Below are positions 24,293 to 36,164 of a stretch of 64,000 bases of DNA, in pieces; within the stretch, counting starts at the first letter, position 1; the number at the start of each line of letters is the position of its first letter. This DNA is from Phyllosticta citribraziliensis (lineage: Eukaryota). The notes below the pieces were generated by a model. The model did no database searches. It saw only the letters and a program-made list of their open reading frames with translations, and was not told the origin of the DNA. Both the position numbers and the translations under genes were made by a program. Where the stretch lies: assembly GCF_038025025.1 (NCBI RefSeq), contig NW_027117339.1, positions 2,480,001-2,544,000 on the forward strand. Reading direction: 5' to 3'.

Positions 24293-25244
24293 ATGTCTTC
24301 CAACGACCCCATCGTGTCGACCGGCCGCGGAGGTACGACGAGCCCATCTCACGCCTACCCACCTCTACCAACCTCACCACCTTTCCCCACACAACCCGCG
24401 CCATCAATTCTTGCAACGCGCGCATGAGATGTCCATGTGCTGATGCTAAAGCGACCGCGAACAGGCGCCGGAAACATCGGCCACGACCCGCACGTCTACA
24501 CCGACGGCGCCATTGTGCGCGAGGGCGTGCAGGGTGAGTCGAGCGAGCCCGAGTACTCGACTGGGGTATGTCGCTTTCTATTCCGTTCAACTGTTTGCTT
24601 GCCTTCTATTTTCGCTGCTTCGGATTCGTCTTTCTCTGTCACCCCGTATTCCAGGCGCGTCTGGAAGGATGCGGCTTCTTCGTGTGGATTTGCGACGAGC
24701 ATGCCTGCCTCCACGTCGTGTCGTCTCGTTCGCGGGATTCCTGGGACCAGAAGACGTGATTCTGGGACTTTTCCTCTCTCGTAACACCGCTTCTCCACAC
24801 GTAGCAAGGTCGCTGTCCACAAGGCAAGCTTCAAGCAGCTAACACCACCCTCTCCAGCGCGGCGGCGCCGGCAACATCTCGACTCCCCGCCACGGGACCC
24901 CCGACCCGCACGCTCACGTCCACCACCCGGCCGCCGACCCCTCCTCCGCCGGCCGCCGCAGCACAGACGTCATCCCAGAGCCCGCGCTGCGACAGCCAGG
25001 CCCCGACTACGCAAACTACCACACGGGCCGCGGCGGCGAGGGCAACATCCACCGCGAGAAGTACGGAGGACACAGCGGGCCGCAGAAGGAGGACAAGGAG
25101 AAGCATCATCACCACGACGAGAAGGAGGGCGAGGGAGAGGGGGGTAAGAAGGGCTTGGGGGAGAAGGTCAAGCATTTGTTGCATATCGATGGTCATGCGA
25201 GGAAGAGTGGAGAGAGCAGCCGGGAGGGTACTCCTGGCGCTTGA
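24293..25244 (+). CDS. DUF3602 / Par32-like protein with repeated GRGGAGNI motifs
   Basis: Exons 24293-24332, 24465-24565 and 24858-25244 splice in frame to MSSNDPIVSTGRGGAGNIGHD...YSTGRGGAGNIST...YHTGRGGEGNIHRE...TPGA*. Confidence 0.85.
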
Positions 25245-25606
25245 TTGCGTTGGGAGACTGGAGGAAGAGAATGGGAGGGGGACGTTGAATGATACCATGA
25301 TGAGATTGCGAGGGCGGCTTGAATTGATTACTATTGCCTTTTGTCTCTTGAGAAGTACCCTCTGATAATTGATACCTACGGTCTGATCCTAGCTTGACGT
25401 GGCTCAAACTAGCCTGATTACTGTCCCGAGCAAGCTTTCTGAAGTTGCTGAGACGGTGCCTTGCCTCTAACGTGGTCTCGACTCGGACTGGCCAAGTCAG
25501 AGCAGCTCAGACGGCAGCGGTGGTGTTCTTTCTCAAAGCGGGCAGGTAAAACAAGGCCCGTTGTTGGAGCATGGTGGTGGAAGGAAGTCCAGTTGCCCAC
25601 GTCTCT

Positions 25607-26658
25607 TCAAGACACATCCATCGGCTCCGCTCCAGCGCACTCGTTGGCCTTGCCTGCTCCAGGGTTGGCTGGCGCTTGCCCCTCTGTCCGGGCCTTTTTG
25701 GCCTGTCTCTTCAACTCCTGCTTCGACGGTGCCTTGTTCTGCTCTGACGCGGTGTCCCCTTCCACAGCCTTGCGCTTTTGGTTGTCCTGTTTTCCCTTCT
25801 TTTGTCCCTTCTTTTCCTGCGCTTGCGGTTCCTTCTTCGCGGGCTTCTCACCGCCATATATCACGTCGACTACGCCTCGATAACTTGTCCGCTTCATCTG
25901 CGCGCTGACCGTCACAGCACGCGCCTCTTTTACCAAGGCCTCATGCCCCCGTTCTTGACCAAGACCCCACACAGCCGCAAGGTTGATGACGTCCCATGGT
26001 CCGCGGCATCCCAATGCCGACTTGGCCTCGCTGCTTATTATCAAGCCCCGCCCTCTTGATGCGCGAATCAACTGCGTCGCGTTGGTGATGAGATTTCTCC
26101 GCGCCGAACTGTCTCGTGCCAACACTCCCGGAGCGTAGCAAATCTCGAATTTGATGCCGCGCTCGATTGCTTGAGAAAGCATTTTGAATTTGAAGAAGAA
26201 AGTCAGCCGTTGCGTCATGTCGATGGAGATGATGTCGCAGTCGAGCGTCTGGCAGGCTTGTTGGAGCGTCTTCTCGTCGTTAGGTCGTACAGCGACGATG
26301 TCGTAGGCCGAAGCAAGGTTGTTTATGCGGTGGTTGTGAGCCGGGTCGTTGAGGACAAGGGTGCAACGGCGGAGGATGCGCATCTTGGGCGGCGTTGGGA
26401 ATGGCAGCGGGTTTGGTATTGGACATGACTGGAGAATCAGCATGGGTCCTTGTAAGAAACGTAGAGCAATCATACCAGGTCCGCAGGCAGTTTGCCAGAA
26501 AGTGTGTGGGTCAGCGCGACCACATTGTATCCCACTGCGAGACGTCAGATGCGTCAACGCAGGAAAGGCGAGCGCGGCTCACATTCGTCGAGAAAGGCAA
26601 CGGTCCGCTGGAGCTCGACCTCCTTCGCGGACCAAGGCACATTGAGGTCGTGGAACAT
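25607..26658 (-). CDS. RPP1: RNase P/MRP subunit p30
   Basis: MFHDLNVPW... / LGYNVVAL...PADL / ...ILRRCTL...YDIVAVRP...CDIISID...RGIKFEICY...RRNLITNA...IISSEA...RGPWDVINL. Two introns; the first is 26582-26535. Confidence 0.93.
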
Positions 26659-27212
26659 CTGGACTGGCGGTCGTGGCGGGCGGTGTTGACGGCGTTGAAA
26701 AAGTCCAGGTCTAGAAAGGTCGTGGCGCGCGGTCTGTCGGAGAAGTTTGGGATGGATCCCGAGTAGACTGTGGAAGTGTGCGACGGTGTATAAGTGGACT
26801 GTATGGCGCCGTAGTGGGCGTTTTCGCAAGAGATGCGAGAGAGAAGGGAAAGACAATGGGCAGCGACGAGAGAGCAGCGCCAGTGTTGTTCCCGCAGAGG
26901 TCAAAACGCGGCTTGAGGCCTGAGGCTCAAAAAAAGCGCGACAGGGATGCCGTCGATCGTCGCGGCCACTCTGGAAACCGCCCCGCCGACGAAACCACCA
27001 CCCGCGCAGCTGGCAACCCGACCCAGCCTGCACACACACCCCAGCCTCGCTCCATCAAAGTCTTTGCGCACAGCTGGTTGCACCCCGCCCTCGTTGGATC
27101 CCTCGTCGCGGTCCTGGTCGCTGCCGTGCTCGTCTCCTCCCGGAATCCTCTTCAAAACACCGCCGAAGTGTCGGACATACGGGTGGAAAACCTGCAGTCA
27201 CGGGCGCCAAGT

Positions 27213-28495
27213 ATGGCGCGTGTCTACGCAGGTCTGTCTGATACTCTCTCGCTTGCGCTGGAAGACCCGCTGATGGAGACGCAGATGTGAACGCGAACAT
27301 GCCGCGGTCCTACTGGGACTATGACTCTGTCAACATCTCGTGGGGTGTTTTGGAGAACTACGAGGTCGTCCGGAAGATTGGTGAGCCTCTTTGACTCGAC
27401 ACGGCGGCTGCTTAGATGCACTGGCTAATGTGTGTGCGCCCGCAGGCCGTGGCAAATACTCCGAGGTCTTCGAAGGCATCAACGTCGTCAACTACCAGCA
27501 ATGCGTAATCAAAGTCCTCAAGCCTGTCAAGAAGAAGAAGATAAAGCGCGAGATCAAGATTCTGCAAAACTTGAGCGGAGGACCAAACATTGTGGCTCTT
27601 CTCGACGTCGTCAGGGACAACCAGGTGAGGCACAAGTGCGCTGCTTTTGCGCTCGCATCCATCTCGCAAAGGACAATGGCTTACAGTGGATAGAGCAAGA
27701 CTCCCTCTCTCATTTTTGAATACGTGAACAACACGGACTTCAGAAGCCTATACCCCAAGTTCCAGGACTACGACGTCAGATTCTATATTTTTGAGCTGTT
27801 GAAGGTATGCGATTCTGGGTATTGTGCCAAGACACAAGCGCTAACAGGCCTAGGCGCTTGATTTCTGTCACAGCAAGGGTATTATGCACCGCGATGTCAA
27901 GCCGCACAACGTAATGATCGACCACGAAAAGCGCAAGCTGAGGCTCATCGACTGGGGTCTCGCTGAATTCTACCACGCTGGCACCGAGTACAACGTCCGT
28001 GTCGCATCCCGTTACTTCAAGGGCCCCGAGCTGCTTGTCGATTTCCAGGAGTACGACTACTCGCTGGACATGTGGTCTCTTGGCGCCATGTTTGCCTCGA
28101 TGATTTTCCGCAAGGAGCCCTTTTTCCATGGTAATAGCAATGCCGACCAGCTCGTCAAGATTGCCAAGGTCCTTGGAACCGAGGACCTCTTCGACTACCT
28201 CGACAAGTACGACATTGAGCTTGATGCTCAGTATGACGATATCCTCGGCCGGTTCCCCAAGAAGAGCTGGCACAGCTTCATCAACGCCGAGAACCAGCGC
28301 TTCGTTAGCAACGATGCCATCGATTTCCTGGACAAGCTTCTTCGCTACGACCACCAGGTAAATTCATGTCATTAGCCATCTCTAACTATTTCTGACGAAT
28401 TGCAGGAACGTTTGACGGCCAAGGAGGCCATGGCCCACCCATACTTCAACCCCGTTCGCCAGGACTGCCTCCGCAACAACACAAACTCTGCATGA
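27213..28495 (+). CDS. CKA1: casein kinase II catalytic (alpha) subunit
   Basis: MARVYA/DVN...[11 protein letters not shown]...[15 protein letters not shown]...HRDVKPHN...DWGLAEFY...GPELL...[14 protein letters not shown]. Five GT-AG introns; stop at 28493-28495. Confidence 0.97.
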
Positions 28496-29096
28496 TCAAT
28501 TGGTTGCGAGGCTTTGCAGAATCAACTCTACGTGGATTTTTCGTGAACAACAAATCCAAATACTCATAGCGCCTTGGGCGGCCCAAACAGACAGAAAAGC
28601 AAGTGCAGAGTCGGCGGGAGAATCATGGGTTTCCCGAACTGCGTCGACCGGGAGCTTTGTGCGAGAAGGATGTCATCCGGACATGAAAGACGTCCAAGGA
28701 TGCTGAGGAGGAAGAGTTGGAGATGATGAGAGTGGCGGGCTTGGGTTTCTTAGCGCTAATTGTGGATACCATCGAATTCATGTCTTCAGACTCATCTGCC
28801 GTTACGGAAGGGAGGATATTTTTTTGAGTGTCACGCGAGCACAAGCGACGCACACCTGCAGGACCGAGGAGTGGATGTGACATGAGGTCGAGGCGCTTAC
28901 ATAAGATTGCCGCCAAGCATCCCGCCGCGCTGGTGTCCCGCCTTCAGAAAGTTGGAGTCACATTTCAATTGTTCTTTTCTCTATCTCCAATTCCACAGCC
29001 CAGCGGGCATCATTCAAAACGCTACTAAGAGCGCTCCTCCGGCGCTCACCTTTACTTGTCACTTCTCGCCCGTGGCAAACTCGCGCCTTTGCCAAA

Positions 29097-32000
29097 ATGG
29101 CGCATAACCACGCTTCCCACAATCCTAGTAGGCACTTCCGCTGCCATTTACTGCTGCGCAACATGGGCTGATTTGCAAATTTCGATACAGCTGGAGAAAA
29201 GACTGGCCCCGCTACTGGTCCCCCACCTCCCGTCTCCAACGAGACTGCGGCGGCCGCCGTCGAGTCGTCAAAGCAGGACCCCACCGGCCAACAAGCTCCA
29301 GGCAAGGATGGCGAAGTAAAGGCTGAGGGCGGCGCTAAGCCCAAGACCCCGAAAGAGCGTATGGATGTCCGATAAGATACAATTGGCGCGCGGCGCTGCG
29401 CTGAGAGGCCTTTTGCTCCAGCCGCGCCGTTGGGTCAAGCCCGAGCGTGAATGGATAGCTGATTCTGCGATGCAGTCGAGAAGGAGCGTCAAAAGGCTGA
29501 AAAGGCCAAGAAGTTTGCTGAGAAGCAAGCTAAGAAGGCCGCTCTTGCCGAGGCCACTGTCAAGAACGTGACCAAGAAGAAGACGACTGGCAAGCAAGAG
29601 CTGGCGCCCTACGTTGAGGAGACGCCCAAGGGCCAGAAGAAGAGTTTGTCAATGCTAGGCCCTGTTCTGAAATTAGGCGATGCTAACGTGTGGTTCAGTC
29701 CTCAAGTCGCTCGACGATGATTACCACAAGGCCTACATTCCCTCCGTCGTCGAGTCTGCTTGGTATGACTGGTGGGAGAAGGAGGGCTACTTTGAGCCAG
29801 AGTTTGGCCCTGATGGAAAGGTCAAGCCTGCCGGCTACTTTGTCATTTCGGAACCCCCGCCAAACGTCACCGGTGCCCTTCACGTTGGCCACGCTCTCGC
29901 CACTTCGCTGCAAGACACCATGATCAGATGGAACCGCATGAGGGGCAAGACTGTGCTCTACGTCCCCGGATGCGACCACGCCGGTATCTCGACCCAGAGC
30001 GTTGTCGAGAAGATGCTGTGGAGGAGGGAAAAGAAGACGAGACACGACCTCGGCCGTCAAGCCATGGTGCAGAGGATCTGGGACTGGAAGGGAGAATACC
30101 ACCTGCGCATCAACAACGTGCTCAAGAGAATGGGTGGTTCCTTTGACTGGACCAGGGAGGCTTTCACCATGGACGAGAACCTTTCTGAGGCCGTCACAGA
30201 GACGTTTGTCAAGCTGCACGAGGAAGGTCTCATTTACAGGTCAAACCGACTTGTCAACTGGTGCACGTCTTTGAGGACGGCGCTCTCGAACCTCGAAGTC
30301 GACAACAAGGACATTGAAGGCCGCACACTGTTGGACGTTCCAGGATATGAGAGGAAGGTCGAGTTTGGTGTCATTACGCACTTCAAGTACCCTATCGAGG
30401 GTTCCGAGGAGACCATCGAAGTTGCCACCACGCGTCCGGAGACTATGCTTGGTGACTCTGGTATTGCCGTCCACCCAGAAGACAAGCGCTACAAGCACCT
30501 TGTTGGCAAGAAGGCCAAGCATCCCTTTGTCGACCGCCTGCTCCCCATTGTCGCCGATACCTACGTCGACCCCGAATTCGGTACCGGTGCCGTGAAGATT
30601 ACTCCTGCTCACGACCCCAACGACTTTAGCCTTGGTCAGCGCCACAATCTCGACTTCATCAACGTCCTTACCGATGACGGTCTACTCAACAACAACGGTG
30701 GCATGTTTGAGGGTCAGAAGCGTTTCGATGTGCGTTACACTGTCGTTGACGAGCTTACCAAACTTGGTCTGTACGTCAAGAAGGAGAACAACCCGATGAG
30801 AATCCCCCTTTGCCAGAGGACCAAGGACGTCATTGAACCTATTGTCAAGCCCCAGTGGTGGATGCGCATGAAGAGCCTGGCGGAGCCTGCCATCAAGGCT
30901 GTCCGTGACGGCGACATCAAGATTCGCCCCGCGACTGCCGAGGCCGACTACTTCAGATGGCTCGAGAACATTCAAGATTGGTGCTTGTCGAGACAGCTTT
31001 GGTGGGGCCACCAGGCTCCCGCCTACTTCATTCAGGTTGAAGGCGAGAACAACAGCGATGCTGATGACCAATACTGGGTTGTCGGTCGCGATGAGGCCGA
31101 GGCCAAGGAGAAGGCGGCCAAGAAGTTCCCCGGCAAGACCTTTACTCTGCGCCGTGATGAAGATGTGCTCGACACCTGGTTCTCGTCTGGCCTGTGGCCT
31201 TTCTCAACCCTTGGCTGGCCAAAGCAGACCCCCGACATGGAGAAGCTTTACCCCACCAGCATCCTTGAAACTGGTTGGGACATTCTCTTCTTCTGGGTTG
31301 CTCGCATGATCATGCTTGGTCTCAAGCTTACTGGCCAGGTGCCCTTCCGGGAGGTCTACTGCCACTCTCTCATCCGTGACTCGGAGGGCCGCAAGATGTC
31401 CAAGTCCCTTGGCAACGTTGTTGACCCCATCGACATCATGGAGGGCATCAAGCTCGACCAGCTTCATGCTAAGCTCCTCGAGGGCAACCTCGACCCCAAG
31501 GAGCTCAAGGTGGCTACCAAGTACCAGCAGACTGCCTTCCCGCAAGGCATCCCCGACTGCGGTGCCGACGCTCTGCGTTTCTCGCTCGTCCAGTACACCA
31601 CTGGCGGTGGTGACATCAACTTCGACGTGAAGGTCATGCACGCTTACCGCCGCTTCTGCAACAAGGTCTACCAGGCTACCAAGTTCGTACTTGGTGGCAT
31701 TGACGCCGACTTTGTTCCTCGCGAGAAGGCAGACAAGACGGGCAAGGAGACCCTGGCGGAGCGCTGGATCCTGCACAAGCTCAGCATCGCTTCGAGGGAC
31801 ATCAACAAGGCCCTTGAGGACCGCGAATTCGCCAAGAGCACGCAGATTGCCTGGCACTACTTCCACGACGACCTCTGCGACGTCTTTATTGTAAGTCTAG
31901 CTGATCAAAATTCATGTGTGGTTACTAACAACATGATAGGAGTCTTCCAAGCCCCTCATCTACGGCGACAACGCTGAGGCGCGCCGCTCCGCCATCGATA

Positions 32001-32494
32001 CCCTTTACACCGCTCTCGAGGGCGGCCTCACCATGCTGCACCCTTACATGCCCTTCTTGACCGAGGAGCTTTGGCAGCGCCTGAACCGTCGTCCTGGCGA
32101 CAAGACACCTTCTATCATGCGTGCCGCCTACCCCGAGTATCGCCCCGACTTCGAGGACGCCGCCGCCGAGGCGAGCTACGAAATCATCCTCGATGCTGCC
32201 GCTGGCGCGCGCTCCCTCATCTCGAAGCACAACGTCAAGGGCGCCAAGAGCAAGGTCAAGCTTGCGAAGGAGGACGCTGAGGCCAAGGCGTCCCTCGAGG
32301 ACATCAAGACATTGTCGATCAAGGGCTTGAGCGAGGTTGAGCTCTGGAGCATCGAGGAGGGCCCGCAGGGTAACTGGGACAGCCTGACGACAGAAGCTGG
32401 CGCCAAGGTGTGGTTGGAGATTCCTGAGAGGCCGGCTACCAAGGCCAAGGAGGTTGCGGATTTGGAGAAGAAGCTGGAAAAGACCAAGGTGTAA
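29097..32494 (+). CDS. VAS1: valyl-tRNA synthetase (cytosolic start; probable mitochondrial extension from 29019)
   Basis: HIGH-like [59 protein letters not shown] and [12 protein letters not shown]. Four introns. The Lys-rich N-terminal extension is typical of eukaryotic ValRS. Confidence 0.97.
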
Positions 32495-32820
32495 AAGGTG
32501 GGTTTCACGTTGAATCCAACAAAAGAGGGTAGCAAAAAAATAGCATCAAAGATGAAGGCGCTTGTCGAATGATTAGACGCGATTTGTGGCGAATTTCATC
32601 TCGGCGTTAAATCGAACTGGAGGCAACCAAGTGCGTACCAGACAGACCTGAGAGGAGACCTGGAGTGCGTGACTACCCAAGTAGGTCATTGTTCTCAATC
32701 GGGCGTAGCGCAGGTGCGCCTTCCTCGCACAGCTACTGCTCCCACAACCTCTTGCGACCGGCTCCAGTCTTCGCAGTTTGACTTCTCCTCTTCGCGCGAG
32801 GCCGACAGGGTTTACCAAGG

Positions 32821-33006
32821 GGCACTCATACACCATCACGTCTCCACCTCCGGAGCAGTCTTACACCAGCACGGCTGAACCTCAGGAGCAGCCATACATC
32901 ATCACGTCCACGCGTCGGGAGCAGTCGCCAGTCACCTCGCCCACAGAGCTGCTAGCTGTATTTCGCTGGCCAGGCGGCCACGATGGTATGAGTGAAGGCT
33001 TCACTT
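32821..33006 (+). repeat. degenerate 33-bp tandem repeat block (copy A)
   Basis: Units such as GGAGCAGTCTTACACCAGCACGGCTGAACCTCA and GGAGCAGCCATACATCATCACGTCCACGCGTCG. Homologous to 36165-36328. Confidence 0.8.
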
Positions 33007-33051
33007 TGGTTGGAACTTTGCTGACCGCTTCCACTTTGGCAACAGCCAGAC

Positions 33052-34642
33052 ATGGACCTTGATACCAGACAACCACTTCACTCTCACCAACTACTGCTGG
33101 AAATACCTCTGGAGATTCGACTCGACATTTCATCCTATTTGAGCCTTTCTGACGTCGCCAACCTCAGAGCGGCATCCAGGCAACTTGAACGGGAGCTGTA
33201 CGACCTCTTCATACGACTTTTTGTTCAGACTCCCGCACTCCGCCGTTGGAGGGCCATCCCTGTTGCAGGATTAAAGATCCCATGGACAGAAGACGCGCTC
33301 AAAAGGGCTACATTCATCTTGGGGATCAATGGCAATGCCGAGCACGTCAAGAAGCTGCACTTTGTTGCGTACGACGATACGTACACACGCGAGGAGCATT
33401 CGTTGCACTATGGAAACAGTGATCGCTATGGCCAGAAATCGACAGATTACGCCGAATCGCGAAGGCAGCTGGTCGCAACAGAATCCCGCTGTGCTGGTTT
33501 ACTCGAATTCATTTGGAGGAGGACCACCAATGCTACCGCAGTGGTTTTGGAGACTACTTATGACGTTCCCATCATGTCCGAGCACATGGATCTCTATCAA
33601 ATGGCTGAGTTATACGACCCCCTCCTGGACATCGACCTTCTCTATGACGTCGCAGAGATACGGGAATGCGGGGACGAGGTTTCCGTGCAGGATTACCTCG
33701 AATCAGAACGCCTCATATTTGCGTCAGAGTCTTTTTCTCAAGCATTTGCTATGCTGGTTGAGCAGATTTCCAAGGGCGTCAAAGAAATTGGGGACCTACT
33801 CATTCGGGCACCTGTTGAAAGGACCGACCGGCCAACGGACCTCAATAACAAAGGCCCAGCCCGAGAGTTCTCCAATCTCGGAGCATCATTGACGAAGCTG
33901 CGCAGCTTTGAATATGGGGTGGACTGCGTCGATTACGAATACTCCAATAAGCTTCTGAATGCGACTGGCAGACCGAAACCCCTTATCTCGAGCCTTCTTA
34001 GCGCGATGGCCTCAGTCCAAGACTTCGGCCTGGGATCATGTTCGAGTTACAACGTAATTACACCAAGAGCCGTGGGCTCCGCTCTTTCGGCATTTTCCTC
34101 TACATGCCTCTCGAAACTGTCTCTTTTCGAGGCAGTCGTCAGTCGCAACGACTTGCTGAGATTTCTCGGCCGCTATCAGAGCAGTCTCCAAGAGCTATAC
34201 CTTTACAATGTTTGCCTCATTCACGGCGGCTGGGGATCATTGCTTAATTTGATCAAGAGGAGGAAGCTCAAGGGCTGTGCGCAACTTCTTTTTGAATTGT
34301 GCAAAAGCGAGAACTTTGCCATCATGTTTGAGAGGACATCAGCACGCTCAGCCAGGAGGCCTTGTGATGATACTCTTTGCTTTGATCAGAACAACAGCTT
34401 CAGAACTCGTCGGTATGAAAGGGGCCCGTGTGGAAGGAATGTGAAGTCAACGCCAAAACAGCGCAGACTCTTGGTTCGTATCGCCGCTTGTGCGTATCTG
34501 CCATTGAATTTGAAGCTAACATGTTTCACAGGAGATGCTTCCACCTTTACGCATGTTCACGATACAATGGGCTGGTGCCTACTTCGCAAATGAACTGGAC
34601 GAGACACTCGACAACACCAACGAGATCAGAACCTGGGAATGA
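33052..34642 (+). CDS. F-box-like protein
   Basis: N-terminal LLEIPLEIRLDISSYLSLSDVANLRAASRQL and LRR-like C-terminal segments (LSKLSL, LQELYL). A probable intron 34474-34531 (GTTCGT..GCTAAC..CAG) gives the C-terminus ...DETLDNTNEIRTWE*. The unspliced ORF ends at 34593. Confidence 0.75.
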
Positions 34643-35355
34643 GCTGGGGACCCGTATACTTTTGCTCGGAGGTTACTGAGATACATGTGCCTTTGCAAAG
34701 ACGGTCGCGTAATATGCTTAAGGACAACTGTGGCACATGCAACACCAACCTAGAGGCAGATCATGAGCGTTCAATCGCTTGGGTACATAACTACCATGAA
34801 GCATTCGAGTGCCCAGGAGGTAGAGTAATGAGGAGCAATCAAGTGCATGGGAAGTAAAGACATAAGAAGCATCCAGAGGCTTCAACTTGCTTGCGGAAGC
34901 CTTAGTTGTGTATGCTTTGAATGGCTTTGGAATACAAGCCCACTATTGCAGCTGCACGGTCACTAACTCTGAAGAGTTGCCATCTTTGGCGAGGGTCCAT
35001 TGAGGCTTCACAAAATTTGGCGACCAAAGTTCTATCTCAACCACGGGCGGCAAAGCTCGCAGCAGAGGAGGCCTGCGGTGATTGTGTAGTTTGTGTGTGT
35101 GCCGCCATCAAAACATCACCCAAACAGGCGAGTGCGGCGTAGGCGAGCAAGTGTCCATCTTGATCTGCGCCCTCTTCCTCCGCTCCCACAACCACCACCT
35201 CAACTCCATCCACCTCTGACAAAAGACCTCAACGAATTGCGCCTTGCCGACTCTTCCCTCAGTCTCCCTCACACCTACCCCACTCCACGACCAACGCTTT
35301 CACACAAACAACGCGACAACGCCCACGCCGACACCTTCACTCGAACATCGCCCAC

Positions 35356-35870
35356 ATGGAGTCTGACCCTGATCCTCGGCCGCCAGACATGGAAGCAGAG
35401 TGCCCGCCACCTCCGTCACCCGACCAAGCGCCCTCTCAGCAAGTTTCGCGACGAATGGCGAGGCCCGGCTTTCCCAACCTTCTCAGTATTCCACTCGAGC
35501 TTCAACGGACAATCGCATCGAACCTCGATGTTTCGGACTTGGGCAATCTTCGAGCAACATGCAAGCAACTTGAATGCGGCTTGTACGAGCTATATGTCCA
35601 GACTCTCCGCGAAGCGCGTTCATCGCTCAGGCTCGCTTCAATAATGTGAGTGGAGAGACACATGAATGAGAAAATAATCTCAGCTTACTTTTCAGGGACC
35701 GCCGTATGCCCATTGTGCTGCCTCCTGGCATGTTTCCAGAAGACTTGCCCGTCCGCAGGTATCCCCAGGCTGGCACCCTCGTAGCGCCACCACCACCCCC
35801 TCCCTATGTCCCTCCTCCTCCAGCCGATGAGCATCCTGGCCAGCGCGTCCTCCATTACATCGACCAGTAG
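35356..35870 (+). CDS. short F-box protein with a Pro-rich tail, or a truncated paralog
   Basis: LLSIPLELQRTIASNLDVSDLGNLRATCKQL resembles the F-box at 33052. Intron 35646-35695 (GTGAGT..TTTCAG) extends the frame to ...APPPPPPYVPPPPADEHPGQRVLHYIDQ*. Confidence 0.5.
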
Positions 35871-35912
35871 GCGGCAACGCCGCAGTCGCAGTCGCAGCCA
35901 AGAGGTTCTTTG

Positions 35913-36084
35913 TTGGCGCACACCTAATCTACATCCTCCTCACTAAGTCCTCTCCGTTCCAACACTGCCTACGTGTTATCAAAACGGACTTCACTTCCTA
36001 AGTATCTTGCTGGACCCTACATTAGAGGAATGCCAGTACCATTCCAAAACATAGTGCCAAGCAGAATGCTAAATCATAAATCAG
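35913..36084 (+). pseudogene. degenerate inverted copy of the 5' flank, exon 1 and intron 1 of the gene at 37395
   Basis: CAAAACGGACTTCACTTCCTAAGTATCTTGCTGGACCCTACAT...CCAGTACCATTCCAAAAC...AATGCTAAATCA aligns by eye to the reverse complement of 37466-37294 (CAAAATGGACTTCAGCCCCCCCAAGTATCTTGCCGGGCCCCACAT...CCAGTCCCATTCCAAAC...AATGCTAACTCA). The ATG has become ACG, there is a 1-nt deletion, and the donor site is lost. Confidence 0.7.
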
Positions 36085-36164
36085 CGACGAGGATCTCGGG
36101 GAGACGAGACAGATCAGAGCCTGGGACTGAGTCGGGCACTGCTGGCCAAGGAAAATTGAAGAAG

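Noticed and set aside
25345..25400. TGAGAAGTACCCTCTGA resembling a TPP riboswitch core (also CTGAGATTTTAC near 14070)
   Set aside because: The downstream conserved GAACxTGATCxGGxTAATxCCxGCG element is absent, and no thiamine gene is adjacent.
32821..32950. 33-bp periodic units as a CRISPR-like array
   Set aside because: These are degenerate tandem units without unique spacers, the context is eukaryotic, and there are no cas genes.
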